Below, piece by piece: positions 28,874 through 41,182 of a stretch of 64,000 nt of DNA. The stretch spans positions 68,759 through 132,758 of the forward strand of contig CAZYIF010000005.1 in assembly GCA_964646995.1 (NCBI GenBank). The letters run 5' to 3'. The DNA is from an uncultured Gammaproteobacteria bacterium. Lineage in GTDB: Bacteria; Pseudomonadota; Gammaproteobacteria; CAZYIF01. The notes below the pieces were generated by a model. The model did no database searches, was not told the origin of the DNA, and was given only the letters and a program-made list of their open reading frames with translations. The position numbers were made by a program, and so were the translations under genes. Every line of letters starts with the position of its first letter. Position 1 is the first letter of the stretch.

Positions 28874-29926
28874 TTACAATACGCCACGTTCAATTTGGTC
28901 TAACTCTATCGCTTCAAACAACGCTTGGAAATTGCCTTCGCCAAACCCTTCATTACCTTTGCGTTGAATAATTTCAAAAAACACGGGGCCTAGCATATTT
29001 TCAGTGAATATTTGCAGTAACACACCTTGATTCTGTTGTGGATTACCATCGATCAAAATGCGATATTCCTGCAGGCGTGCCACCTCTTCACAATGACCGG
29101 GAACGCGCGCATCGATCTGGCGGTAATAGGAATCCGGAGTATGCAGAAATTTAACCTGATGCTGCTGCATAGCAGCCACACTGCTGTATATATCCGCTGC
29201 CGCCAACGCAATGTGTTGTATGCCTTCGCCGTTATATGCCCGCAAAAATTCGGCAATTTGCGAGGCGTCTTCGGTCGCTTCATTCAACGGAATACGAATT
29301 TTATTACACGGGCTGGTCAGTGCACGGCTCAATAAGCCGGTCTTCTTGCCACGTATATCAAAATAACGTATTTCACGGAAATTAAATAATGTCTCATAAT
29401 AACGCGCCCAATGATCCATACGACCCGTGAATACATTGTGGGTTACGTGATCGAGCAGCACTAAGCCGCGGCCACCGGTTGCCAAAGCAGCATCCACACA
29501 CGGCTCAAATGCGTTAGCGTAAGCACTGTGCTCAGGTTCGGTATCGATAAAATACAATAAACTATCGCCTATCCCATAAATCGCTAAATAATCTAAGCTT
29601 TGCAAACCCTCCGCCTGTTGGTAAGGACGGGCGCCCAGCGTAAGTGCGCGTTGGTATGCTTGTTTTGCATCTTTAACCCGAAAGCCCATCGCTGCTACAC
29701 ACGCGCCATGCGTCTTAGAAAACTGTGCCGCATGACTGTTGGGTTCTTGCGTCAAAAGAAAGTGGATATCGCCTTGTTGGTACAAATCAATCGCTTTACT
29801 ACGATGTTTAGCGACACGCACAAAACCCAAGGCTTGAAAGTCACGTGCTAACTTCTCAGGTTCGGGTGAAAAAAACTCTAAACATTCAAACCCATCTGTT
29901 CCCATGGGATTGTCGTGATCTTGCAT
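28874..29926 (-). CDS. hppD: 4-hydroxyphenylpyruvate dioxygenase
   Basis: 350 aa with two VOC domains. The N-terminus (GFECLEFFSPEP) and C-terminal region (FFEIIQRKGNEGFGEGNFQALFEAIE) are typical of HPPD. Confidence 0.9.
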   Translation of the reverse strand: MQDHDNPMGTDGFECLEFFSPEPEKLARDFQALGFVRVAKHRSKAIDLYQQGDIHFLLTQEPNSHAAQFSKTHGACVAAMGFRVKDAKQAYQRALTLGARPYQQAEGLQSLDYLAIYGIGDSLLYFIDTEPEHSAYANAFEPCVDAALATGGRGLVLLDHVTHNVFTGRMDHWARYYETLFNFREIRYFDIRGKKTGLLSRALTSPCNKIRIPLNEATEDASQIAEFLRAYNGEGIQHIALAAADIYSSVAAMQQHQVKFLHTPDSYYRQIDARVPGHCEEVARLQEYRILIDGNPQQNQGVLLQIFTENMLGPVFFEIIQRKGNEGFGEGNFQALFEAIELDQIERGVL

Positions 29927-30066
29927 AACGCTTTACTCCTTCTATCCACCGGTCGTTCAGCACAGGGTTGAACATACTGCCGCGCCCAATGAGCCCTGGA
30001 TGTAACTGATGGCGTTAGATACTACCTAGCTTGCTAACAAATGCAAGGCATCGCGAAAGAAATACA

Positions 30067-30225
30067 GTAACTATTCAGCAAAATGCTGAATAGTTACCCT
30101 TGATTTTACGCCTACCCAGTAAAACTGGGCTTAACAGCGCTCAAGGGGAGAATCACGGTTCTCCCCTTGAGAATCCCCATCACGTAAAGAAAACGGCGAA
30201 ACACAATATATGCAAATAGTTATAG
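30067..30225 (-). mobile_element. MITE family F2, copy 3 (reverse, about 159 bp, far arm degenerate), in the hppD / pabB divergent region
   Basis: gtaactattcagcaaaatgctgaatagttac-ccttgattttacgcctacccagtaaaactgggcttaa ... caaggggagaatcacggttctccccttgagaatccccatcacgtaaag. The distal TIR is only recognisable as gcaaatagttatag. Confidence 0.7.
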
Positions 30226-30363
30226 TGCGATAATAGGGCATCTCGTGCAAAATTTGTCTTCTCATGCCCGTTGTAAAATAGCCACTTTGCACGATGTCAG
30301 CAAAATTGCTATGCTGCGCCGCCTTGGTATCATCGTTCTACTATCAGCCCTGCAGTAATCACC

Positions 30364-31758
30364 ATGCACAACGAATCATTAAAAATTACCAGCTTGCCTT
30401 ACCAAGCAGACAGCACCCTGCTTTGGGAACAGTTAGCCACACTGCCTTGGCCGGTCTTGCTCGATAGCGGCATGCCACAGTCGCACGGTCGCTACGATAT
30501 CTTAAGTGCCAAGCCTTACGCGACCTTATGCACATGGGGTAATCATAGCCAATTGTGTTACGCAGGCAATACGCGCTGGTCTAGCGCCGATCCGTGGGAA
30601 CTGTTGCAAGAATTAATGCAATACGCTCATCCACTGCATGCCGATGTCCCCCCCGACATACCCTTTAGTGGGGGTGCCATAGGTTACTTTGGCTATGACT
30701 TAGTACGACGCTTAGAAACGTTACCTACACAGGCCGTGGCTGATATTCACCAACCTGATCTGGCACTGGGATTTTATAATTGGGCGATCGTTGTCGATCA
30801 CCTACAACAACACACTCAATTGGTGTGCCGCTCGCAATGCGATGACGAATATGAATTTTTGCTGACATTGCTGAACAAACGAGAAAGCAAACCACAGCAC
30901 ACGGGTTTCACGGTCCTTACTCCGCTGCAAGCGGACATTAGCAAACAATGCTATTTACGTGGTGTACAACAAATAAAAGACTTTCTACATGCAGGCGATT
31001 GTTATCAAGTTAACTTAGCCCAACGCTTTCGTGCGACGATCGAGGGTTCATCACTGGCGCTCTATCGTAGCTTACGCCAACTCAATCCCAGTCCCTTTGG
31101 TGCACTACTAGAGACCCCCTACGCCAGCATACTGAGTTATTCTCCGGAACGCTTCTTACAGGTCAAGCAACGACACGTCATTACCCAACCGATCAAAGGT
31201 ACTATACCCAGGGATCCGGATCTGTTGCGTGATCAACAACTCGCTATGCAACTGCAACACAGCATGAAAGATCGCACGGAAAATGTGATGGTCGTTGACC
31301 TACTGCGTAACGATCTCAGCAAAAGTTGTGTACCAGGCAGTGTCCAAGTGGCGCAATTATACGAATTACAATCCTTTAGTAACGTCCACCACCTCGTCAG
31401 CACAATTTCCGGCTGTTTAGCGCCGAATAAAACCAGCATAGATTTATTACGCGACTGTTTTCCGGGCGGCTCTATTACGGGAGTACCTAAAATACGTGCC
31501 ATGCAAATTATTGAAGGCATAGAACCTTGCCGGCGTAATCTCTATTGCGGCAGCATAGGATACATTGATACGTGCGGTAATATGGACTGTAACATCGCCA
31601 TACGCAGCATCATTCGACAGCAACAACACCTATTTTGCTATGCCGGTGGCGCCATCGTCGCAGATTCTAGCCCGGAGCTTGAATACACAGAAACCCTGGC
31701 TAAAATCAGCTGGCTATTTCGCGGTTTAAATGGAAAAATCTCATCCGCTTACGGATGA
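30364..31758 (+). CDS. pabB: Aminodeoxychorismate synthase component I (PabB). Anthranilate synthase component I is not excluded
   Basis: 464 aa from the chorismate-binding enzyme family. The C-terminal catalytic region reads PGGSITGVPKIRAMQIIEGIEP...GGAIVADSSPELEYTET. Confidence 0.75.
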   Translation: MHNESLKITSLPYQADSTLLWEQLATLPWPVLLDSGMPQSHGRYDILSAKPYATLCTWGNHSQLCYAGNTRWSSADPWELLQELMQYAHPLHADVPPDIPFSGGAIGYFGYDLVRRLETLPTQAVADIHQPDLALGFYNWAIVVDHLQQHTQLVCRSQCDDEYEFLLTLLNKRESKPQHTGFTVLTPLQADISKQCYLRGVQQIKDFLHAGDCYQVNLAQRFRATIEGSSLALYRSLRQLNPSPFGALLETPYASILSYSPERFLQVKQRHVITQPIKGTIPRDPDLLRDQQLAMQLQHSMKDRTENVMVVDLLRNDLSKSCVPGSVQVAQLYELQSFSNVHHLVSTISGCLAPNKTSIDLLRDCFPGGSITGVPKIRAMQIIEGIEPCRRNLYCGSIGYIDTCGNMDCNIAIRSIIRQQQHLFCYAGGAIVADSSPELEYTETLAKISWLFRGLNGKISSAYG

Positions 31759-31813
31759 GATTTTTAAACACCACATTTACAATCTAAATGCCACGTTTAC
31801 CCGCAGAATGGCG

Positions 31814-32161
31814 CTAGTTTTGTTCATCCCATGTTTTCAGACCGGTTGACTTCATTTTAATGCTGTTAATCTCTTCGTCCGATACCTGGTCCTCTGCCTC
31901 ATTACTCCCGTTTGTTTTCAAGTTATCGGGCAAGGAACTGACATGACTACGCGCCTGCCCCGTTGCATTTTTCACATAAGCACCATCCCCATAGGCATTA
32001 GAAAACTCTGCATCCTCATCGGGCCTAATACGTTTTTGCACGTTAACTACGCTGGGTTGCTTGCTGGTAGCCGCTTGCGCGGCAGGTTTTTTGTCTGTCG
32101 GTTGTTGATTGCACCCAAGCAATATGCCTAATAATATTACGGCGATCACCTGTTTTTTCAT
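31814..32161 (-). CDS. Small lipoprotein of unknown function (about 115 aa)
   Basis: MKKQVIAVILLGILLGC is a type-II signal peptide with a lipobox. The mature part is low-complexity and acidic. The start at 32161 lies 25 bp from an F2 MITE fragment. Confidence 0.5.
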   Translation of the reverse strand: MKKQVIAVILLGILLGCNQQPTDKKPAAQAATSKQPSVVNVQKRIRPDEDAEFSNAYGDGAYVKNATGQARSHVSSLPDNLKTNGSNEAEDQVSDEEINSIKMKSTGLKTWDEQN

Positions 32162-32185
32162 GTTACACCTCATTGTATCGCTACA

Positions 32186-32313
32186 CTTGATTTTACGCCT
32201 ACCCAGTAAAACCGAGCTTAACGGCATTTTTAGGGGAGAATCCCCATTGCCTAGAGAAAGCAGCTGTTTTACTCTTTAAATGAACAACACCCTCAATTTT
32301 GCTGAATAGTTAC
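32186..32313 (-). mobile_element. MITE family F2, copy 4 (reverse, about 128 bp). It lacks the terminal hairpin and the core is degenerate
   Basis: cttgattttacgcctacccagtaaaaccgagcttaa ... ggggagaatcccc ... ttttgctgaatagttac. Confidence 0.6.
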
Positions 32314-32326
32314 ATTTAATTATTCA

Positions 32327-34949
<2,623 letters not shown>

Positions 34950-35094
34950 GGTTAAAACTATAGTTTATTTAGAGAGTAAGTAATATAACGAATATCACGC
35001 CGATTTAACACTGCTTTGTGCGTGTAAGCAAATAGAGAGGACAACGCCATTGCAGCACAGCCCCTGATCCACGGCATTTAAGCTGGCGTTGTCA

Positions 35095-36321
35095 CTATGC
35101 GTAATAATCAACTGCCATTTTCCTCTGTAATACACCATTCTCTACAATGCTCATCAATTGGTGATCCGCGATTTCTATGGCTGCAACTTCTTGTTCTTCT
35201 TCTACCACACCATTGGCTTGTTGCTGTGCTTGCTGTTGTGCTTGCTGTTGTTGCGCGAGGGTCTGATCGGATACGTTCACATCCGCTAAATTGATACCCT
35301 GTCCGGCAAACATTTCACGTAACTTAGGTACTGCCTGTTCTAGTGCATCACGTACCATGCCATGGTTACTGCTGAAAACCACACTGGCTTGATCGTTATT
35401 TACTTTAATACTGACTTCTAGCGGGCCTAGTTCAGGCGGATTAAGGTGCAGCTGTACGTTTTTACTGGCTTGGTCCGTCAGCCACACAACTCTATCAAAT
35501 ACAGCATTGGCCCAGTTTGGTTGACCTACCGGCACTTTAATCATAGTCGTGTTATTATCTGTTGCCAGCGCTGTTTTATCGGTTAATCCCGTGGTGTTCA
35601 TGCCAGGCGCCACCGGCAAATCATTCTTTATCTGTGTCAGGTCAATGCCTTGTAGCATATTAGCGTCCGTGGCTAATTGCGTCGCTGTGTTGGCCATTGT
35701 TTTCGATAGTAGATCCTCTAATGCAAACATCGTCTCTTGGCCAGTGCCGGTAGACAACGGCGATAACTGCTGTTGCTCTAAACCTAAATGTTGTTTTGTC
35801 ATGCCTTGCGCGAGCAGTTGCGTGCGATCCAAGAGTCCCTGTATACCCCCCAATTGCTGGCGCAAAGCGGCATCCACTTGCCCCTGTTTGCCACCCGCGG
35901 TGAATTGCGTGACTAAGGCTTGCCCCTGCAGCAGGAGTTGTTGTGGCAAATCCGTTAAGCTCACTGGATTATTTTGTGTGGTGTCACCCGCAGTTGTTTT
36001 AGTTTCCTTTGCCACATTCATGGTGTCCATCGCGTGCAGCAGCATGGCTTGCCATTGCTCTGCCTGTTCCTGCAATGATACCGTGGTAGGAATTGCCTCG
36101 TCTGAGGTCACTTCTTTAGTCTCTGTGGTTTGTTTGTGTTCTGACGTGCCTTTTCCAGCATCTTTTTGCTTGCAATCATTCACTTTATCCGACAACACCT
36201 GACCAAATTCCTCACTTTTATCCGCATTGTCCGTGGCGGAGGTGTTGCTATCTTGCACCGCATTGCTGCTCGTTTTAGCGGTTGCCGTGTTATTGCTGGG
36301 TAACATAATGCTATTGCTCAT
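35095..36321 (-). CDS. fliK: Flagellar hook-length control protein FliK-like (Flg_hook/T3S4 C-terminal domain). Orphan gene
   Basis: The C-terminal domain (NVQLHLNPPELGPLEVSIKVNNDQASVVFSSNHGMVRDALEQAVPKLREMFAGQGINLADVNVS) matches the conserved FliK/YscP T3S4 domain. The N-terminus is Thr/Gln-rich and disordered, and a (QQQA)n tail follows. Confidence 0.65.
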   Translation of the reverse strand: MSNSIMLPSNNTATAKTSSNAVQDSNTSATDNADKSEEFGQVLSDKVNDCKQKDAGKGTSEHKQTTETKEVTSDEAIPTTVSLQEQAEQWQAMLLHAMDTMNVAKETKTTAGDTTQNNPVSLTDLPQQLLLQGQALVTQFTAGGKQGQVDAALRQQLGGIQGLLDRTQLLAQGMTKQHLGLEQQQLSPLSTGTGQETMFALEDLLSKTMANTATQLATDANMLQGIDLTQIKNDLPVAPGMNTTGLTDKTALATDNNTTMIKVPVGQPNWANAVFDRVVWLTDQASKNVQLHLNPPELGPLEVSIKVNNDQASVVFSSNHGMVRDALEQAVPKLREMFAGQGINLADVNVSDQTLAQQQQAQQQAQQQANGVVEEEQEVAAIEIADHQLMSIVENGVLQRKMAVDYYA

Positions 36322-36409
36322 GGAAGACCTCTTGCTTGTCGTTTAACATTTAGCTAGCAATAGTTGTGCCAATTGATGGTCTTTTGCACTGGAACACGCT
36401 AGAGTAGGC

Positions 36410-37012
36410 GTGGTTAAGTTGAGCACGCAAACCATGTATGACGGTGACACACCCATCACTTACTTAGAGCAAGTCATTACGCCGGCAATGGCAGATAGCT
36501 GTTTCGCGCGCTTGCAAAATGCCATCGCTTGGCAAACAGAAAATCTAATGATGTTTGGCAAAACAGTACGTGTGCCCCGCTTAGTGGCATGGTACGGCGA
36601 TCCCGGATCACGCTACACCTACGCGCGCGTTGCGCATGAACCACTACCCTGGTTGCCCCTGCTCGCTGACATCAAACAACACGTAGAAGCGCTATGCCAT
36701 TGCACCTTCAACAGTGTATTAGCCAACTATTATCGTGATGGCCAAGATTACATGGGATGGCACAGTGATAACGAAAGTGAATTAGGTGAAAAACCCGTGA
36801 TCGCCTCATTCAGCTTGGGCGCAACACGTAAATTTGTGTTACGCCATAAACAACACGCAACAAAGATTACATTGAATCTCACGCACGGCAGCCTGCTCAT
36901 CATGCATGCGAATACGCAGCAACATTGGCAGCATAGCCTACCCAAGATGAAACGTGTGACTGCACCGCGGATTAATTTGACCTTCAGAAACATTTATGCT
37001 TCTAGCAAATAA
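36410..37012 (+). CDS. alkB: Alpha-ketoglutarate-dependent dioxygenase AlkB (DNA/RNA alkylation repair)
   Basis: This is a 2OG-Fe(II) oxygenase carrying HSDNE..H..(R) motifs (MGWHSDNESELG; HGSLLIMH). The exact start is uncertain: the track uses 36410, and MYDGD at 36434 is also possible. Confidence 0.75.
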   Translation: MVKLSTQTMYDGDTPITYLEQVITPAMADSCFARLQNAIAWQTENLMMFGKTVRVPRLVAWYGDPGSRYTYARVAHEPLPWLPLLADIKQHVEALCHCTFNSVLANYYRDGQDYMGWHSDNESELGEKPVIASFSLGATRKFVLRHKQHATKITLNLTHGSLLIMHANTQQHWQHSLPKMKRVTAPRINLTFRNIYASSK

Positions 37013-37178
37013 ATCAGGCATCACACCCATTGAAACAAAAAATGCGTTAGGCGGTAAAATAAAAAACGGGAATTACAAAAAATGAGGGATGGTGAGCCAA
37101 ACAGTAGCAACCATCGTCATGACAAACAGATGAAGGATAATAAAACAACAAGACCACGCGGCGACACTACAAAGATAG

Positions 37179-37268
37179 TGGCGGAGAGAGAGGGATTCGA
37201 ACCCTCGATGGAGTTTCCCCCATACTCCCTTAGCAGGGGAGCGCCTTCGGCCACTCGGCCATCTCTCC
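37179..37268 (-). tRNA. tRNA-Ser (anticodon GCU)
   Basis: Reverse complement GGAGAGATGGCCGAGTGG...CCCCTGCTAAGGGAG...GGTTCGAATCCCTCTCTCTCCGCCA. It has a long variable arm, anticodon loop cuGCUaa and an encoded CCA. Confidence 0.85.
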
Positions 37269-37345
37269 GCGTTAGGGGTGGGAGTATAGCACTGCCTATG
37301 CGCCAGATAAAAGTGTTTGCATCCAACAACAGCCAAGTAAAATTA

Positions 37346-37530
37346 GTAACTATTTGGCAACGCGTCAAAAATGGCGTGATTCTATTTGAAAAGGCAATGT
37401 TTTCTTTACGCGATGGGGGATTCTCAAGGGGAGAATTGCGATTCATCCCTTGATTTGCCGCTTAGCCCAGCAAAACTGGGCTAAGCGGCAAATCAAGGGT
37501 AACTATTTAGTACTTTCACTGAATAGTTAC
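37346..37530 (+). mobile_element. MITE family F2, copy 5 (about 185 bp), between tRNA-Ser and tRNA-Arg. It contains a perfect 24-bp-stem palindrome (37447-37499)
   Basis: The left TIR is a variant gtaactatttggc and the core is ttacgcgatgggggattctcaaggggagaattgcgattcatccc. This is followed by cccttgatttgccgcttagcccag-caaaa-ctgggctaagcggcaaatcaaggg and the terminal hairpin taactatttagtactttcactgaatagttac. Confidence 0.7.
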
Positions 37531-37635
37531 GTAAATGAGTCCGTTCAAAACACGTACCCAGGGCTTACATTACGCTTTCAATGCGTAGACCTGTTGACAG
37601 GTATGCAAGCAAACTGGATAATCGCGAGTTCGTGT

Positions 37636-37712
37636 GCGCCCGTAGCTCAGTTGGATAGAGTACCTGGCTACGAACTAGGGGGTCGGAGGTTCGAACCCTT
37701 CCGGGCGCACCA
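37636..37712 (+). tRNA. tRNA-Arg (anticodon ACG)
   Basis: GCGCCCGTAGCTCAGTTGGATAGAGTACCTGGCTACGAACCAG..GGTTCGAACCCTTCCGGGCGCACCA. It forms a cloverleaf with anticodon loop cuACGaa and an encoded CCA. Confidence 0.85.
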
Positions 37713-37885
37713 ATCTCATTACAGGATCACTGATGCGGGATTAACAGCGGGAATTGGCTAGTCTGAAAGTCGCGCGGTTCTCCACAGCCTGTTTCCTATC
37801 TACAACTGCTGTGATGTAAACCAAGCAACCGGTGACGCATGAGATTGCGGCCGTTAACATCACATCCTTCTACTGACGGAGTAAT

Positions 37886-38683
37886 ATGCTGCAATCAACT
37901 TGGCTTTCGTACATCAGTATCAACGGCATTCATGCCCTGCTTGCTATTTTGATGGCGCTGATGGGTTATGTTGTAGCACGCTACACACGCAAACGCCTAC
38001 GCACTTTTTTTCGCTTACGCAGCGCGGATCCTACCGTTAATTTATTTGTAATCAATGCTGCTTATGGCTTAGTCCTCATGCTGATCGTCATTATCGTGTT
38101 AACGCAGCTGGGCGTGCCAACTACCTCGTTAATCACCATTCTCGGTGCAGGCAGTATTGCTATCGGGCTTGCTATCAAAGACTCATTGGCAAATATCGCC
38201 AGTGGTTTACTGTTGATTTCCTTAAAACCTTTTCGCATCAATGATTTTGTCGAAACCAATGGTATTATAGGTACCGTGGATCAAATTAATTTATTTACCA
38301 CCTGCATCAAAACAGCTAACAATGAAATGATCTATATCCCCAATGCTAAAATCATGAATGACAATATCAATAACAAGGCACACGAAGGCTTACGTCGCAT
38401 TGAAATGAGTGTGGGAATTAGCTATTCTGCAAACATTGCACAAACCAAAGCATTGGTACAAACAGTAATAGCCAGCGAAGCACGCGCGTTGCGTCAACCC
38501 GCGAGTGTGGTGCTCGTCAATGAGTTGGCGAATAGTGCCGTAGTACTTGGTATCTATCTGTGGGTAAAAAAGGAAGACTATTTTGAAACGAGGGCTAGTT
38601 TACTGGAACAGATCAAATTAACCTTCGATGCACAGGGAATAACTATTCCATACCCACAACTTAACGTACATATGTCAAACTGA
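37886..38683 (+). CDS. mscS: Small-conductance mechanosensitive channel (MscS family)
   Basis: 265 aa with three N-terminal TM helices and an MscS beta-domain (NDFVETNGIIGTVDQINLFTTCIKTANNEMIYIPNAKI). Confidence 0.8.
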   Translation: MLQSTWLSYISINGIHALLAILMALMGYVVARYTRKRLRTFFRLRSADPTVNLFVINAAYGLVLMLIVIIVLTQLGVPTTSLITILGAGSIAIGLAIKDSLANIASGLLLISLKPFRINDFVETNGIIGTVDQINLFTTCIKTANNEMIYIPNAKIMNDNINNKAHEGLRRIEMSVGISYSANIAQTKALVQTVIASEARALRQPASVVLVNELANSAVVLGIYLWVKKEDYFETRASLLEQIKLTFDAQGITIPYPQLNVHMSN

Positions 38684-38695
38684 CAAGGATCGTTT

Positions 38696-39604
38696 ATGCG
38701 AATCATTATCTTATCGAGAAACGGCAAACTGTATTCACACCGTCGTCTGCTCGAAGCCGGCAGAATACGCGGACACGATATGCGCGTGGTAAATCCCCTG
38801 CACTGTTATATGAACATAGTCGCCTCTCGACCAGAAATGCATTACCGCAGTGGTGAAATCTTAGCGTCTGCTGACGCCATTATTCCACGCATAGGCGCAT
38901 CCGTTACTTTTTATGGCACCGCCATTTTACGGCAGTTCGAAACCATGGGCGTATACCCACTCAACGAATCTATCGCCATTTTGCGCTCGCGCGACAAACT
39001 GCGTTCCATGCAATTGCTCGCCAAAAAAGGCATTCCCATGCCGGTCACTGGTTTTGCCAACTCACCACAAAATACCGAAGACTTGATAGACTTAGTGGGC
39101 GGGGCTCCCGTTGTCATTAAGCTGTTAGAGGGCACCCAAGGCAAAGGTGTCTTACTTGCAGAAACCCATCAATCCGCGGTGAGTATCATCAATGCCTTTA
39201 AAGGCTTGCACGCTAATATTCTAGTCCAAGAATACATTGCCGAAGCCAAAGGCTCTGACATTCGTTGTTTTGTGATCGGCGATAAAGTCATAGCGGCCAT
39301 GCTGCGTACCGCCAAAGAAGGCGAATTCAAGGCGAATGTACATCAAGGGGGACAGGCTAGTCCGGTAAAACTCACCTCGCAAGAACGTAGCATGGCGGTA
39401 AAAGCAGCGAAAACCATGGGGCTACGTGTGGCGGGTGTTGATCTGATCCGCTCGCAGCGCGGTCCCTTGGTATTAGAAATAAATTCTTCTCCGGGTTTGG
39501 AAGGCATAGAACACGCAACCGGTATCAACATTGCCGAAAAAATCATTACCTTCGTCGAGAACAACGCGCAAGACTACGACATGAATCCCACGCGTAGCGG
39601 TTAA
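38696..39604 (+). CDS. rimK: Ribosomal protein S6--L-glutamate ligase RimK (ATP-grasp)
   Basis: [35 protein letters not shown] is collinear with E. coli RimK, and ATP-grasp motifs are present. Confidence 0.9.
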   Translation: MRIIILSRNGKLYSHRRLLEAGRIRGHDMRVVNPLHCYMNIVASRPEMHYRSGEILASADAIIPRIGASVTFYGTAILRQFETMGVYPLNESIAILRSRDKLRSMQLLAKKGIPMPVTGFANSPQNTEDLIDLVGGAPVVIKLLEGTQGKGVLLAETHQSAVSIINAFKGLHANILVQEYIAEAKGSDIRCFVIGDKVIAAMLRTAKEGEFKANVHQGGQASPVKLTSQERSMAVKAAKTMGLRVAGVDLIRSQRGPLVLEINSSPGLEGIEHATGINIAEKIITFVENNAQDYDMNPTRSG

Positions 39605-39612
39605 CAACACTG

Positions 39613-40116
39613 TCAGCGCAGGAATTTCGCTGGCGCTGACGTCGTAACTTGTTGTTCCGTAGACGCCGCTGCCCCGTCGCCATCCTCAAGTTTACGTTTA
39701 CGCTGATTGTGCTGCCCAAATTGCCCTGCCTTAGTTAAGGCACGTGCAGAAATATTTTCACGATTAGCTGCTTTGGTCTTATTAATGGCCTGCGCCACTT
39801 CTTGTTGTAAGCTTGCAAACAAAGGAAGCCCAGATAGCTGAGGCTGTTTTTTTAGTTCATTACGTAACAGCCTTTTGTAAGAGGTCAAATTTTTTAAGTT
39901 GCCTTCCTCTAGCAAACGCACATGTTCTATCTTGATTCTCTCAAACCACATCGCTTGCGGTGGACCCTGACCATCACGAAGCTCTGTATTTATCGCTTGA
40001 ATATGATTGACTAACAGCCCTTGTAAAAAATTTTCTAACGTATATCTCGTAAAAAAATTTGTGTAATCATCATCACCCTTAAGACCATTGACCTCGTCCC
40101 ACCACTGACTCCGCAT
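39613..40116 (-). CDS. Hypothetical protein (about 167 aa). Accessory, next to tRNA-Ser(CGA)
   Basis: I chose the start MRSQWWDEVNG at 40116 because it has a strong RBS, AAGGGAGGtaacATG. No similarity recognised. It converges on rimK with an 8-bp gap. Confidence 0.5.
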   Translation of the reverse strand: MRSQWWDEVNGLKGDDDYTNFFTRYTLENFLQGLLVNHIQAINTELRDGQGPPQAMWFERIKIEHVRLLEEGNLKNLTSYKRLLRNELKKQPQLSGLPLFASLQQEVAQAINKTKAANRENISARALTKAGQFGQHNQRKRKLEDGDGAAASTEQQVTTSAPAKFLR

Positions 40117-40183
40117 GTTACCTCCCTTGCGTATTACCGGTCCAACATAACGCGTATTTGGGTAACATGCAATACGCGTGTAT

Positions 40184-41182
40184 TTATTTGCGCAACGACA
40201 CAACAACGCGCCCTACTTTCCGTTCGCTAGGCAATGCTTGTGGTGACGGTAACAATGGCGGGGAAAAAAATCCAACATTATGTTCAGCTAATGGACTTCG
40301 TGCAGCTAAACCGTTGCCGAATTTCGTTTTAGCTTCCTTCTTTCGGCTTTCATCTATTCTCTTACATTTCTTACGAATCTGCTGATCGTATACTTCCATT
40401 TCGTCCTTGATCTCCGCCGTACGCTTGGTGCGCCGTGTAGGTGTGGTGCGTTCTACTTCGGCTTCAGCATGCCATGCGTTAGCCAGTGTTTGTTGCGCAG
40501 GGGTTAAGGTTATTTGCGGCAAATCCTTTAACGCTTGCTTGATCTGTTTATCCGTCAACTCGCCTGTGCCACTCAAACTGGGATTAAGCACGCGTGCAAC
40601 GGCACTGCGCGATAGCGCTAATTCCTTCGGTATATTCTGCAACGCCAAGATGTAGGACCTTTGTTGCGCCACCAAATAGTCAACCAGTTGCCGTAATTTT
40701 TCATCGATAGAAAGAGGTAATTTCTTATGCCCGATTAATTTCTCTATTTCAGTTTTAACCTTACACACTGAATTATAGGTGTTTGCGGCTTTTTCGTGAT
40801 GAAAACCGAAGCCTGCTTTGATCGGTTTTTTTTGCGCGTTTTCCTGCAAAACAGTGGCTAACAAACTCACGTGCGCCGTAGGCTCGTTACGTTCACACAC
40901 CGTGTAATACAAATTCGATAACAAGGTGTTTAATGCCGCCATGGCGCTGACACACTCCGGGAACCCATCCAGAGCTTTCATCGTCTCGAATATTTTTGCA
41001 TCCGGCATAGTAATAGCGAGCTTACGTCGTATCGGCGATACGACCTTGCTAAAATGAAATTGTTGACTGGATTTTGGTCTGGGCTCTGGCGTTCTAGTGC
41101 CATCTTCTTCTGCTTGTTTTGATAAAACGGGAGTGACTTTGGGTTCCTGTGATGGGACACCCTGCTGGATAGGTTTCATCAT
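40184..41182 (-). CDS. Hypothetical protein (332 aa), Lys/Glu-rich, with no recognisable domain. Accessory, next to tRNA-Ser(CGA)
   Basis: Long ORF with a plausible RBS (aagagattatcgttATG). A T7 homopolymer lies near the 3' end (40264-40270). The frame is intact. Confidence 0.5.
   Translation of the reverse strand: MMKPIQQGVPSQEPKVTPVLSKQAEEDGTRTPEPRPKSSQQFHFSKVVSPIRRKLAITMPDAKIFETMKALDGFPECVSAMAALNTLLSNLYYTVCERNEPTAHVSLLATVLQENAQKKPIKAGFGFHHEKAANTYNSVCKVKTEIEKLIGHKKLPLSIDEKLRQLVDYLVAQQRSYILALQNIPKELALSRSAVARVLNPSLSGTGELTDKQIKQALKDLPQITLTPAQQTLANAWHAEAEVERTTPTRRTKRTAEIKDEMEVYDQQIRKKCKRIDESRKKEAKTKFGNGLAARSPLAEHNVGFFSPPLLPSPQALPSERKVGRVVVSLRK

Noticed and set aside
40116-40290. Possibility that the 332-aa and 167-aa hypothetical ORFs are one gene split by a frameshift at the T7 tract (40264-40270)
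   Set aside because: My manual translation shows an in-frame TAG (about 40213-40215) upstream of the downstream ORF's frame. The 332-aa frame reads cleanly through the T7 tract to its own stop at 40184. The downstream gene also has its own strong RBS+ATG at 40116.
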